Shown: positions 12,468 to 24,296 of the stretch, piece by piece | Layout: the number at the start of each line of letters is the position of its first letter | Position numbering within the stretch: position 1 is the first letter of the stretch | DNA from: an uncultured Thermoplasmata archaeon | Lineage (GTDB): Archaea > Thermoplasmatota > Thermoplasmata > RBG-16-68-12 | Direction: 5' to 3' | Assembly: GCA_963768855.1 (NCBI GenBank) | Contig: CAVYJM010000006.1 | Span: 480,001 to 544,000, forward strand | Length of the DNA: 64,000 bases | Notes under the pieces: generated by a model | What the model was told of the DNA's origin: nothing | The model's database searches: none | What the model saw: the letters and a program-made list of their open reading frames with translations, nothing else | Made by a program: the position numbers and the translations under genes

Positions 12468-13538
12468 ATGAAGGCGGTCGTCCTGGCGGGCGGGGAGGGG
12501 ACGCGCCTCAAGCCCCTGACGTACAAGCGGCCGAAACCGCTCATGCCCGTCGCGGGGCGGCCGTGCATCGAATACGTGATCCGGTCCCTCGTCGCCTCCG
12601 GATTCCAGGAGATCATCACGACGACTGCGTACCTCAGCGACACCCTGATCAAGAGCATCGGGGACGGCGTCGACTACAACGCGTCCATCCTGTACAGCTT
12701 CGAGGCGAACCCGGCGGGAACCGCGGGCGCGGTGCGGCGGGTCGCGAACTTCATCGACGACACGTTCGTGGTCGCGATGGGCGACATCCTCGCCGACGTG
12801 GACTTCCGTGCGTTGTACGACTTCCACAAGCGCAAGGGAGGCATCGTGACGATCGCCCTGACCGAGGTCGAGGACCCGACCCAGTATGGGATCGTGGGGC
12901 TCGACGCGCGAGGGCGGATCATCAAATTCAAGGAGAAGCCGCCGAAGGAGGAGGCGTTCTCCAACCTCGCGAACGCGGGGATCTACGTCTGCGAACCGGA
13001 CATCCTCGACTTCATCCCCGCGGATCAGAAGTTCGACTTCTCCAAGGACCTGTTTCCCAAGCTCCTCTCCAAAGGGCTCGTCCTGTACGGGCAGAAGATC
13101 GAGGGCACCTGGATGGACATCGGGCGGCCGCACGACCTGTGGAAGGCGTCCATGGAGGTCGTGCGCCGCGAGGGCAAGCCCTTGCGCCGCGCTGGGATCG
13201 TCAGTGAAGGTCCGGTGATCTTGGACCCGAGCGCGGTCCTCGAGGCTGGCGTCACGCTGACGGGCCCCTGCTACGTCGGACCCGGCGCCACCCTTCGTCG
13301 GGAGAGCGTCGCGGACAACGCCTGCCTCTATGAAGCCACGCGGCTCGAGGGAAGGGCGGTCGTCCGGAAGAGCATCGTCCTCGAGGGCAGCATCGTGGGC
13401 CCGGGGGCCGAGATCCTGGACAGCGTCGTCTCCCAGAACTGCGTGATCGGGGAGGGCGCCCACATCTCGGGCAGCATCATCGGGGACGACATGACCGTCC
13501 GCGCGGGGTCTCGCCTCGAGAATGCGACGGTCTCCTGA
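12468..13538 (+). CDS. NDP-sugar synthase (sugar-phosphate nucleotidyltransferase with C-terminal left-handed beta-helix)
   Basis: LAGGEGTRLKPLT, KPLMPVAGRP, GTAGAV, FKEKP, WMDIGRP, hexapeptide repeats. Confidence 0.92.
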   Translation: MKAVVLAGGEGTRLKPLTYKRPKPLMPVAGRPCIEYVIRSLVASGFQEIITTTAYLSDTLIKSIGDGVDYNASILYSFEANPAGTAGAVRRVANFIDDTFVVAMGDILADVDFRALYDFHKRKGGIVTIALTEVEDPTQYGIVGLDARGRIIKFKEKPPKEEAFSNLANAGIYVCEPDILDFIPADQKFDFSKDLFPKLLSKGLVLYGQKIEGTWMDIGRPHDLWKASMEVVRREGKPLRRAGIVSEGPVILDPSAVLEAGVTLTGPCYVGPGATLRRESVADNACLYEATRLEGRAVVRKSIVLEGSIVGPGAEILDSVVSQNCVIGEGAHISGSIIGDDMTVRAGSRLENATVS

Positions 13539-13574
13539 GTCACGCAGGCCCGTCCGAGACCGCCCCATCACGAC

Positions 13575-14891
13575 CTAACGGGTGAGAGCCCGTCCCTTGC
13601 GGATCCGACCGCGTTTCACGACGGCTTCCGCCGAGTCGCCGCCCAGGCGGTAGCCGAGATGATGGTACGTGGGGGCATCCAACACCACCAGGTCCGCGAG
13701 CTTGCCCCGCTCGATTGAACCGACCTCGTCGCCGCGACCGATCGCGCATGCGGCGTTCATCGTGGCCGCGACGATGGCCTCCGCGGGCAGGAGGCGGTTG
13801 TGGTGGCATGCGAGGGCGATCACGAACTGCATCGACTCGCACCAGGCGTTCGGGTTGAAGTCCGTCCCCAGCGCGACGGGCACCCCGGCCGCGATCCATC
13901 GGCGGCCGTCCACGTAGGGCACCCGCGAAGCGAGCGAGGTGGCGGGGAGCACGGTGGCGATGACCCCTGTGCGGGCCATGGCCTCCATGCCCGCGTCCGA
14001 GGTGTGGAGGAGATGATCTGCGGACACGGCCCGGACGTCCGCCGCGACGGCGGCGCCCCCGGAGTCCCCCAGTTCATCGGCATGGATCTTCGGCCGCAAC
14101 CCGAGGGAGGCTGCCTTCCCCAGGAGGCGTCGCGCCTGCTCGGCCGAGAAGTATCCTTCGTCCACGAAGATGTCGCAGAACGTCGCGGCCCGGGCCAGGG
14201 ATACGGCCGGGAGGCTCTCCGAGAGCAGGAGCTCGATGTATGCATCCGAGCGGCCCTCGAACTCGGGCGGGATCGCGTGCGCCCCCAGGAACGTAGGCAC
14301 CACGTCCACGCCGGCCACGCGGCCCGCCTCGGCCGCGGCGCGGAGCATCTTCAGCTCGTCCGCCGTGCGCAGGCCATACCCGCTCTTGACCTCGACGGTC
14401 GTGGTGCCGAAGGAGACGAAGGTCAGGAGCCGGTCAAGGGCCAGGCGCACGAGCGCGGACTCCTCGGCCTCGCGCGTCGCCCGCACCGTGTGCAGGATGC
14501 CGCCGCCCCTCGCTGCGATCTCCGCGTAGGACAGCCCCTGGGCCTTCCACTCGACCTCCCGTTCGCGGGAGCCTGCGAAGACGGTATGGGTGTGCGCGTC
14601 GACGAGCCCGGGCAGCACGACCTTGCCGGATGCGTCCAGCGTGGTCGCGGCCCGCGGGTGCCGAGACAGGATCTCCGGGGTCGTCCCGAGGTCCACGATC
14701 CGCTCCCCCTCGACGTACACGGCCCCGTCCTCGATGATGCCGAGCTGGGAGGCGGCCTCCCGGATGCGAGGACCGCGGGGACCGCGGAGGGTGAGCAGCT
14801 CGCTCGCGTGAACGACGAGCAGGGACCGGGGCGCCACCGCGGCCTCGCCGCGGACCGCGCGGATCTTGTGCGCCTGTGCGGCGGGTCTCAT
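13575..14891 (-). CDS. hutI: Imidazolonepropionase
   Basis: DAHTH, GGGILHTV, EVKSGYGL, FLGAHA, KIHADEL, SADHL, ALGTDFNP. Confidence 0.93.
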   Translation of the reverse strand: MRPAAQAHKIRAVRGEAAVAPRSLLVVHASELLTLRGPRGPRIREAASQLGIIEDGAVYVEGERIVDLGTTPEILSRHPRAATTLDASGKVVLPGLVDAHTHTVFAGSREREVEWKAQGLSYAEIAARGGGILHTVRATREAEESALVRLALDRLLTFVSFGTTTVEVKSGYGLRTADELKMLRAAAEAGRVAGVDVVPTFLGAHAIPPEFEGRSDAYIELLLSESLPAVSLARAATFCDIFVDEGYFSAEQARRLLGKAASLGLRPKIHADELGDSGGAAVAADVRAVSADHLLHTSDAGMEAMARTGVIATVLPATSLASRVPYVDGRRWIAAGVPVALGTDFNPNAWCESMQFVIALACHHNRLLPAEAIVAATMNAACAIGRGDEVGSIERGKLADLVVLDAPTYHHLGYRLGGDSAEAVVKRGRIRKGRALTR

Positions 14892-15811
14892 GGGAGCCTC
14901 CGCACGCCGTCCGGGTCCGAGCGGACCAGGAAGGGCTTCCCGCCCGCCTCACGGATCGCGCGGGCCGTCTTCTCCGGGTCATCCGTCAGGGCGAACATGC
15001 TCCCGCCACCCCCGGCCCCCGTGAGCTTCGCCCCGTAGCTCGAGCCGCGCGCGGCGTAGACGAGTCGGTCGAGGAGCGGGTGGCCGACCCCGAGCGCATT
15101 GAGGAGCTCGTGGTCCCGGTCCATGAGGCGCCCGGCGGCCTCGAAGTCCTTGCGGCGGAGCGCGTCGAGCCCGTCCACGGCGATCTGGCCGATCTCCTTC
15201 ACCATGGCCGCCGCATCGGGCGAGGCATCCACGCGTTTCTTGACGCCCGCGACGAGCGGCCCCGTCGCGGCGCTGAGACCGGTGTTCCCGATCACGAGCG
15301 TGAGCTCGGGCAGGCGGCAGCGGTGGAGGGACCATGCACGCGCGTCGCGGCGGATGGTCCACAGGAGGTCGTCGCCCTCATCCGGTCGGACGAGCACGCC
15401 GCCTCCCGCGGTCGCCGTCGTCGTGTCGATCGGGCTGGCCCGGCCCTGCACCTCGTGCTCGATCTCGAACGCCTCGCGGGCGATACCCTCCCGGTTGAGA
15501 TCCCCCTCCGCCGCGGACACGGCGGCGAGGGTGGCCACGGTCACGGCCGCGGACGATCCGAGCCCCGCGGCGGTGGGGATCATGGATCGGATCTCGATCC
15601 AGAGGGGCCCGCCTTTCCACGACCGTTGCAGGGCCGCCTTCACGTATCGGTACTTCGGCGCGTCCAGGGACGCCCCGTCCACGAGCCACTCGCGGTTCGG
15701 CCGCGCGAAAACCTCCGTCCGCAGGTGAATTGCGGTGCTCAGGGCGGGCTCCCCAAAGACCACCGCGTGCTCTCCGAACAGGATGAGCTTCCCCGGTGCG
15801 GAGGCGGCCAT
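14888..15811 (-). CDS. mvk: Mevalonate kinase (GHMP family)
   Basis: APGKLILFGEHAVV, GLGSSAA, QGRASPID, GAKLTGAGGGG. Confidence 0.93.
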   Translation of the reverse strand: MAASAPGKLILFGEHAVVFGEPALSTAIHLRTEVFARPNREWLVDGASLDAPKYRYVKAALQRSWKGGPLWIEIRSMIPTAAGLGSSAAVTVATLAAVSAAEGDLNREGIAREAFEIEHEVQGRASPIDTTTATAGGGVLVRPDEGDDLLWTIRRDARAWSLHRCRLPELTLVIGNTGLSAATGPLVAGVKKRVDASPDAAAMVKEIGQIAVDGLDALRRKDFEAAGRLMDRDHELLNALGVGHPLLDRLVYAARGSSYGAKLTGAGGGGSMFALTDDPEKTARAIREAGGKPFLVRSDPDGVRRLP

Positions 15812-15850
15812 GCGGCCGGCCATTGCTGCAGCCCCGACTTAACCCTATCC

Positions 15851-18052
<2,202 letters not shown>

Positions 18053-18155
18053 TCAGGGGTTCGGGTCGTTCCGCCACGGAGACGGCGACCCATCTCATGA
18101 CTCGGGATAAGCTTCGTGTTGTTCTCCCTCCGTACAGAAAGGGAAAGGGGCCGGG

Positions 18156-18680
18156 TCATTCGACCCGGACCTGCACGGGCTCGCGCGCGTGGTCCGGCTC
18201 CTTCTTGGGGAGGCGGACCTCGAGCACGCCGTCCTTCAGCTTCGCGTCCACCCGATCCGCGACGACTTCCGCGGGGAAGGCGATGCGGCGGTGGAAGGAC
18301 TCATACGCCCGTTCGCGGTACGCGTAGTCCCGTCCGTTCTCCTCTTTCTCGCGGCTCGTCTGCGCCGCCAGCTCGAGGCCGTCCGGGGTCACGCGGAGGT
18401 CAAGGTCCTCCTTCCGGACGCCGGGGAGTTCGGCCGTCAGGACGTACTCCGAGCCGCGGTCCGCGAGGTCCATGAGGGGCCGGCGAACCGCGAGTCCCGC
18501 CTCGCGGTCGAAGGGCGTGAGCGGGACCCCGAGCTTGCGTTCGAACTCCGTGCGGAGGTCGTCGAACCAGCGGTCCAAGTCCTGGAACCAATCCCACGAG
18601 TCGCGGGAGACCAGGCTCGGTCCCGACACGCCCTCCGCGGGCTTCGCAGCGAGATCCGTCTTCTTCTGCTTGCGCATCAT
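18156..18680 (-). CDS. Small heat shock protein Hsp20
   Basis: Alpha-crystallin domain (AELPGVRKEDL, YRERAYESFHR, AKLKDGVLEVRLPK); C-terminal VQV (IXI motif); GGAGG SD. Confidence 0.95.
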   Translation of the reverse strand: MMRKQKKTDLAAKPAEGVSGPSLVSRDSWDWFQDLDRWFDDLRTEFERKLGVPLTPFDREAGLAVRRPLMDLADRGSEYVLTAELPGVRKEDLDLRVTPDGLELAAQTSREKEENGRDYAYRERAYESFHRRIAFPAEVVADRVDAKLKDGVLEVRLPKKEPDHAREPVQVRVE

Positions 18681-18733
18681 GTTCGATTCCTCCTGGTGGA
18701 AGACCATTCTGACCAATAATGTGTTTGCAGTTC

Positions 18734-18750
18734 TATATAAACATTGTTAA
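18734..18750 (-). promoter_or_regulatory. hsp20 TATA box (TTTATATA) with adjacent imperfect palindrome
   Basis: TTAACAATGTTTATATA on the minus strand, about 55 nt upstream of the ATG, in an otherwise GC-rich context. Confidence 0.7.
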
Positions 18751-18857
18751 TTCGGTCCCCCCCGCGTACGTTGCCGCGGCTGGACAACCGCGGCCCTCAA
18801 AGTTCTTAGGCCGGAGGAATCCTGCCTCGCTGGTTGCCCGACCCCAGTCCCGACGAG

Positions 18858-19484
18858 ATGCACGGTCCGGTCCGGGAGACATCCCTGGAGGCTCCGTGCC
18901 CGGTCTGCGGCCACAGTCCCCTCTCCGTGCGGTCCCTGCAGATGAACCTGCCCTACTTCGGCGACGCCCTCCAGACCACTCTGGTCTGTCTCGCGTGCGG
19001 CTACCGCCACGGCGACCTGCTCCTGACGCGCCACGGGGAGCCGATGCGCGTCACCCTCCGCGTCGAGCGGCCTGACGCGCTCTCGGCCCGGGTCGCCCGC
19101 TCCTCCTCCGCGACAATCCGAATCCCGGAGCTGGGTGCTTCGATGGAGCCGGGGCCGCGCGCGGAGGCGTTCGTGAGCAACGTCGAAGGCGTCCTCCGCA
19201 AGTTCCTGGACGTCGTCCAGGGCCAGGAGGCGGTCGCCGATTCCCGCTCCCGGCGCGCGACCCTCGCCGCGGTCCGCCGTCGAATCGGCGGCATGATCGA
19301 GGGCAAGGAGCCGTTCACGTTCATCCTGGAGGACCCCACGGGGAACAGCGACGTGCAGCACGAGGATGCCGTGCGGGAAGTGCTTTCCAAAGAGGAGGCG
19401 GCGCGGCTCAAGTCCTCCGAGATGAGCATCGACCTGTCGGACCTCGCGCGGGCCGATGAGGACAGACCGGGGCGTCCCGCCTAG
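18858..19484 (+). CDS. ZPR1 zinc-finger domain protein (COG1779-like)
   Basis: CPVC...[42 protein letters not shown]. Confidence 0.93.
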   Translation: MHGPVRETSLEAPCPVCGHSPLSVRSLQMNLPYFGDALQTTLVCLACGYRHGDLLLTRHGEPMRVTLRVERPDALSARVARSSSATIRIPELGASMEPGPRAEAFVSNVEGVLRKFLDVVQGQEAVADSRSRRATLAAVRRRIGGMIEGKEPFTFILEDPTGNSDVQHEDAVREVLSKEEAARLKSSEMSIDLSDLARADEDRPGRPA

Positions 19485-19654
19485 AGTTCCCGCTTGACCG
19501 TGATCGGGATCGCCTCCGCGTTGAACTCCGTCCAAGCGATCTCGATGGGGTCCACCATACCCACGGGGACGTCCAGCACGATCGGCGCCCCCATGCTGAT
19601 CTGCAGGGCTCGCGCTCCGATGATACGGGCCTTCTCGAAACGGGTGTAACGCAA
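19481..19654 (-). CDS. rpoK: RNA polymerase subunit K (Rpo6)
   Basis: [22 protein letters not shown]; TTG start inferred. Confidence 0.95.
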   Translation of the reverse strand: MRYTRFEKARIIGARALQISMGAPIVLDVPVGMVDPIEIAWTEFNAEAIPITVKREL

Positions 19655-19932
19655 GGGGCTCCCTCGCCAGGTGGCGGGCTGGAGGTCACCCTGGTGCTCG
19701 GGACAGGGCGGCCGTGGCGGCTCGGTAGTGATAGCATCTACTTCAATCTTCGCCATCGGTCCGGGGCGATGCGGCCCGGGCACGGCCCCTGGAGGGTAGC
19801 GGGGGTCGCGTAGCCTGGTGGTTCTGCGCGTAGAGAATCTCTCGTGAGAATTGGACGGGACGCTTCTTGACCCCCCAGGTCTACGACGGTTAGACTTCCC
19901 ACCCCCTTCGAGCCCATCCGCTAGAGGTTCCC

Positions 19933-20553
19933 ATGGATACCGAGACGTTCCGACAGGCCGCCACCCTCCTTTCCGGCGAGTACAGCCTCTCAATCCTGCG
20001 GGAGCTCCGGGACGGGGGGTGGCACCTCTCGAGCGAGGTCGCCCGGGCGCTGAACATCCACGTGTCCACGGCGTCCCGGTTCCTCCAGCGCCTCGCGGAG
20101 CTCGGCCTCGTGGAGCGGCGGCGGCACGACGCCCGGACGTCGGAGTACCGCGTCCGCTCCGCCCGGGTGTCCCTCGAGGTCGACCTGACGGACGACTCCG
20201 GCCCGTTGCGCGAGGCGGTCGACTTCTATGTCGCGTACTTCCAGTTCCTCTTCCAGGAGATTCGCCATCTCGGACTCCCCAAGATCGAGGGCGAGCTGGA
20301 GCACACCCTGGTCGCGGAACACCAGGAGCTCCGCTCCGTCGTGTTCGAGCAGATGATCGCGGGCAGCCAGGGCGGCATCGACCACCTGCGCGACCTCATG
20401 GCCGCGTTGCACCGAGACCTCTGGGACGTGTGCGCCCAGAGCCTCGGCCGGCCGACGGCCCGCAGGGTGTTCCAGACGGCCCTCCAGGAGGCGATCGGCG
20501 TCCACCCCGACCTCGCCCTCCGCTGCGGACTCGCGCGTCCCCTTGAGGCGTGA
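19933..20553 (+). CDS. ArsR-like winged-helix regulator with helical C-terminal domain
   Basis: SILRELR...[31 protein letters not shown]; GTGA overlap with the next gene. Confidence 0.85.
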   Translation: MDTETFRQAATLLSGEYSLSILRELRDGGWHLSSEVARALNIHVSTASRFLQRLAELGLVERRRHDARTSEYRVRSARVSLEVDLTDDSGPLREAVDFYVAYFQFLFQEIRHLGLPKIEGELEHTLVAEHQELRSVVFEQMIAGSQGGIDHLRDLMAALHRDLWDVCAQSLGRPTARRVFQTALQEAIGVHPDLALRCGLARPLEA

Positions 20554-21953
20554 TCCCCATGGTGCGGCTGGCCAGCGGGATTGAGGGATTCGACGACCTC
20601 GTGTCCGGGGGTCTCCCGGCCGACGCGAGCGTCATCTTGCAGGGCCCCCCCGGTCAGGAGAAGCTCGCATTCGCGCTCGCCTTCCTGGCGGAGGGGCTCC
20701 GCACGGGCGGGTCGGGCTTGGCGGTCGTTGCCTCCCAGTCCCCTGAATCATTCCTCCGGACGCTCCGCGGCCTCGGGGTCGACGTGGACCTCGTGCTCCG
20801 GGAGAACCGGCTCCGAGTCGTGGATTGGTATTCGTGGGGTGAGGAGACCGTCACGGAGGTCGAGGAACGCGGGGTCATCCTTCGGTCCTCGGTGGACCTG
20901 GCAAACGCCGGCGCTGCGGTGAGCCGGGCGATTGCGGGTCTTCCCGGAGAAGGCCCGAAGCGCGCGATCGTCGAAATGCTCTCTCCCGCATTGAACATCT
21001 ACGAGCTGAGTCAGGTCTTCGCGTTTGCTCAATCTACGAAGCGCAAGTTCGACCGCTTCCACCTCACCGCTCTGTTCCTCGTAGAGAAGGAGATGCACAC
21101 CGCGTCCGTCCTGTCGACACTCCACCAGCCGTTCGACGGGGTTGTCGAGATGGAGCGGACCCGGAGCGGGGACCGCATCCTGCGGAAGATCGGCGTGCTC
21201 CATTTGAGGGACACTCGCCCCCCATCCGACTTCGTCCCGTTCGAGTTCACGGAGCAAGGCATCCGCGTGGGCCTCCGGCCGCCTGCCCCCGTCTCAACTC
21301 CCCCCGTCGGTCCCTCGCCCGTGCCTCGTCCCACCCCCCCGCGGCCCCGTCCCCTGGAGGGAACCTCGAACCGCGTGCGCTTGATCATGGAGATCGCGCG
21401 GGAGCGGCTTCGCCAAGACCCCGAAGACTGCGACGCGCTGTTCTCCCTCGCCGCCGCCCTCGCGACCGTGGACGATCCGCGGGATGCGGTCCGGACTCTC
21501 GAGCGCCTAGAGACGATCAACCCGAACTACCCGGGACTCTGGGCGTTCGAGATGAAGCTCTTCGCCCGCCTGGGCGACGCGGAACGGTGGCAGCGGAGCC
21601 GGAAGAAGGCGCTCGCCGAGTCGCCCATTTCGGACAGCGTCGGGTCGCCCCCGTGTCCCTTCTGTCACGAACCTGTCTCCGCCGGGAGCGCGCAGTGCCC
21701 GCACTGCATGGCGGACCTCCGAGAGGAAACGGACATGCTCCACGGGCTCGAGAAGCTCGTCCGGGATACGGTTCAGGAAACGGTGCCGGAAGCGGGAGAG
21801 GCGAAACCGCCCGCCCCCCAAGCGCCGCCGGTCCCCTTGCGCCCGGTGCCACAGTCGCCGGCGCTGAGACCCGTCCCTCGAGCGAAGGGAATGACGAACG
21901 GCCTCGTCTTGGAGCGGCGGCCGGTGCGACCCGTCCCCGTCACCAAGCGCGGC

Positions 21954-22133
21954 CGGACGAATGGACTGACGAACGGTCTCGGCGGTCGTACGAACGGGTT
22001 GACGAACGGACTCCGCGATCGAACGAACGGACTAACGAACGGCCTGGGACGCACGAACGGCTTGACGAATGGGGTGGGCCGGACCAATGGTCTCACGAAC
22101 GGCGTGGGCCGGACGAACGGGCTCTCGAAGGGA
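21954..22133 (+). repeat. Coding tandem repeat, 6 x RTNGL(T/S)(N/K)G with 10-11 aa period
   Basis: Direct translation; synonymous codons vary between units. Confidence 0.95.
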
Positions 22134-24296
22134 CTCGAGAAGGCGGCGCGCTCCCGTGGATTCCTCGGGAACACCGGCATGCCGAAATGGCAGCGGGTCG
22201 CCCTGCCCGCCGCGCTCGTCGCCCTCTTGGTGCTCCTCCCGCTGGTCTTCCTGTGGAGCTCCCCGGTCACGCCGCGCCCCATCCAGATTGACGGCAACTT
22301 CGCCGACTGGACGGCCCAGTCCCTCGTCAGCGTCCCGTCGTCGGTATCGCCGAACCCGAACATCCAGATCGCCCGGATCGGGGTCGCCGACAACCTGGGC
22401 GACCTTGCCTCTACGTGGAGGTCACGGGCACGATCCTCGAGGGCGGCGGCCCCTCCCCCGGGCTCATGGACGCGGCCCGTATCTTCCTGGACACGGACAA
22501 TTCGAGTTCGACCGGATATCGGATCGGAGGCATCGGAGCAGATCGGCTCCTCGAGGCGTCGGGATACGGGGGTCATGTGCTGTCGAGCATCCTCTACGAG
22601 TTCGACGCGAATCGGGATGCCCGCGACTGGAGCGGCTGGATCAAGGGAACGCCGGTCCCAGCGGCCGCCTCCGGCTCCCGACTCGAGGCCCAGGCTTCGT
22701 GGATCGAGCTTGGAGGCGGGTCGGTCCCCGTCCGCGCGACGGTCGACACGCAGGCATGGGACGGCCAGACGGACACCTCCTCCCTGATCGTCTCACCCTC
22801 TGAGGGCACACTCGCGATCGACCAGGCGTCCGTCGCCCCGGCGGTCCTCTCCGGTGCGGACGTGCCTCTCCTGACCCTCAACGCCACGGCCCTCGGAAAG
22901 GGGGCGGCGTTCAACTCCCTCACCGTCGAGCTCCAGGGCACGGCCCCGTTCAGCGCCGTCTCCTCGCTCCGGCTCGTTGCCGCGGGCGGCATCGACTTGG
23001 TCCAGGCCAACCCCGCGGGCCGCGATGTGACCTTCCGGTTCGCGACGCAGACGATCGACCCCGCGACCCCGCGATCCTACACGATTCTCGGGGACGTCGC
23101 GGGTTCGAGCGGAGACACCTTCGGCGTGCGGGTCGCCTCGCCGGATGCGATCGGAATGTTGGATGGCGTCGCCTGCGTGCGCAGCCTGCCCTCGACCGCC
23201 TCGTTGAGCTACCTGGGTGCGATCCCGGGGGTGCCCCGAATCGACGGGGGGTTCGCCGAGTGGTCGTCCACGATTCCCGACGCGGTCGGCGAGGCGTCAA
23301 CCCGCGGGAACGCGAACATCGACGTGGCCCACCTCGGCGCCATCCCGAACGCCCCTTCGCTCTACCTCTATATGGATGTCTCGGGGCGAATGTTCGCAGG
23401 GACGAGCCAGCCGGATGCTCCCCAGCCCGCCCCCCTGACGAACGCGACGCCTGTGGCCGACACGGATCGCGACACGGTCCCGGATACCCTCGATCCAATG
23501 CCCTTCGACTTCAACAACGACGGCACCCCTGACGCGCGAACGAACGGGGACTACGACGGGGACGGCATCACCGACTACGGGTTCCCGGGCGGGACGGATG
23601 CCTGGCTGAACACCACGCTGCCCGCCAGCTTCCCCGCCCCGTACGCAGGGCTGAGCGTGAGCGTATACATCGGGCCGACGGTACGGCCGCCCGCGCTCGG
23701 CGAGGACGTCCTCCGGTTCTTCCTCGACATCGACAACCGCACGTCGACCGGCTTCTCGATTGGCGGAATCGGCGCGGACCGGCTCGTCGAGATCCACGGG
23801 AAGGACGCCCAGGTGTCCCAGTCCGCCCTGCTCGCGTTCACGGGCTCCTATCCGGGAGAATGGTCGTGGAGCGCGATCTCCCCCGTGACGGTCGCCACGG
23901 GCGCCCGCGCGGTCGAACTCGCGGTGAACCTTAGCGCATCCCGGGTCTACCTGGAGATGGGAGACTTCTGGGGCGGCGTGGACGCATCGAGCCCAGTTTC
24001 CCCCGCGACCCTGGCTGTCGCATCCCTCTCATCGATGACGTCGTCTTCGTTCCGCCAGGCCCCCGCCACATCGGCCTTGGCCGTTCCGTGGTACCAGGAT
24101 GGTCCCCAGGCGTCCGCGACCCTGATCGATCCTGGATCGAGCTCGTCGACCTCCCTCTACAACCAACAGCGGAAAGTGGTCCGCGCGCCCGACGTCGCCG
24201 GCCAGACCGGCCTGCGATGCGACGAACGCGGACGGATGCTGGTACGTCGTCCTGAACGATCAGCTGAGCGAGGACACGTTCACGTCCGCTCCATCC

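Noticed and set aside
19661-19700. Resemblance to an HDV-like ribozyme P3/L3 or to 5S rRNA (AGCCCGCCA) on the minus strand
   Set aside because: The required P1/P2 pairings and the rest of the 5S consensus are missing
19799-19921. tRNA-like 5' sequence GCGGGGGTCGCGTAGCCTGGT
   Set aside because: No valid anticodon arm, no paired TTCRA T arm and a poor acceptor complement; kept only as part of a structured-region finding
19655-19993. N-terminal extension of RpoK in the 170-aa track ORF
   Set aside because: The extension is not protein-like; the TTG at 19654 gives a normal-length Rpo6
21954-22133. Short regularly spaced repeats that could suggest a CRISPR array
   Set aside because: The repeats are in-frame peptide repeats with synonymous variation, have no unique spacers, and there are no cas genes
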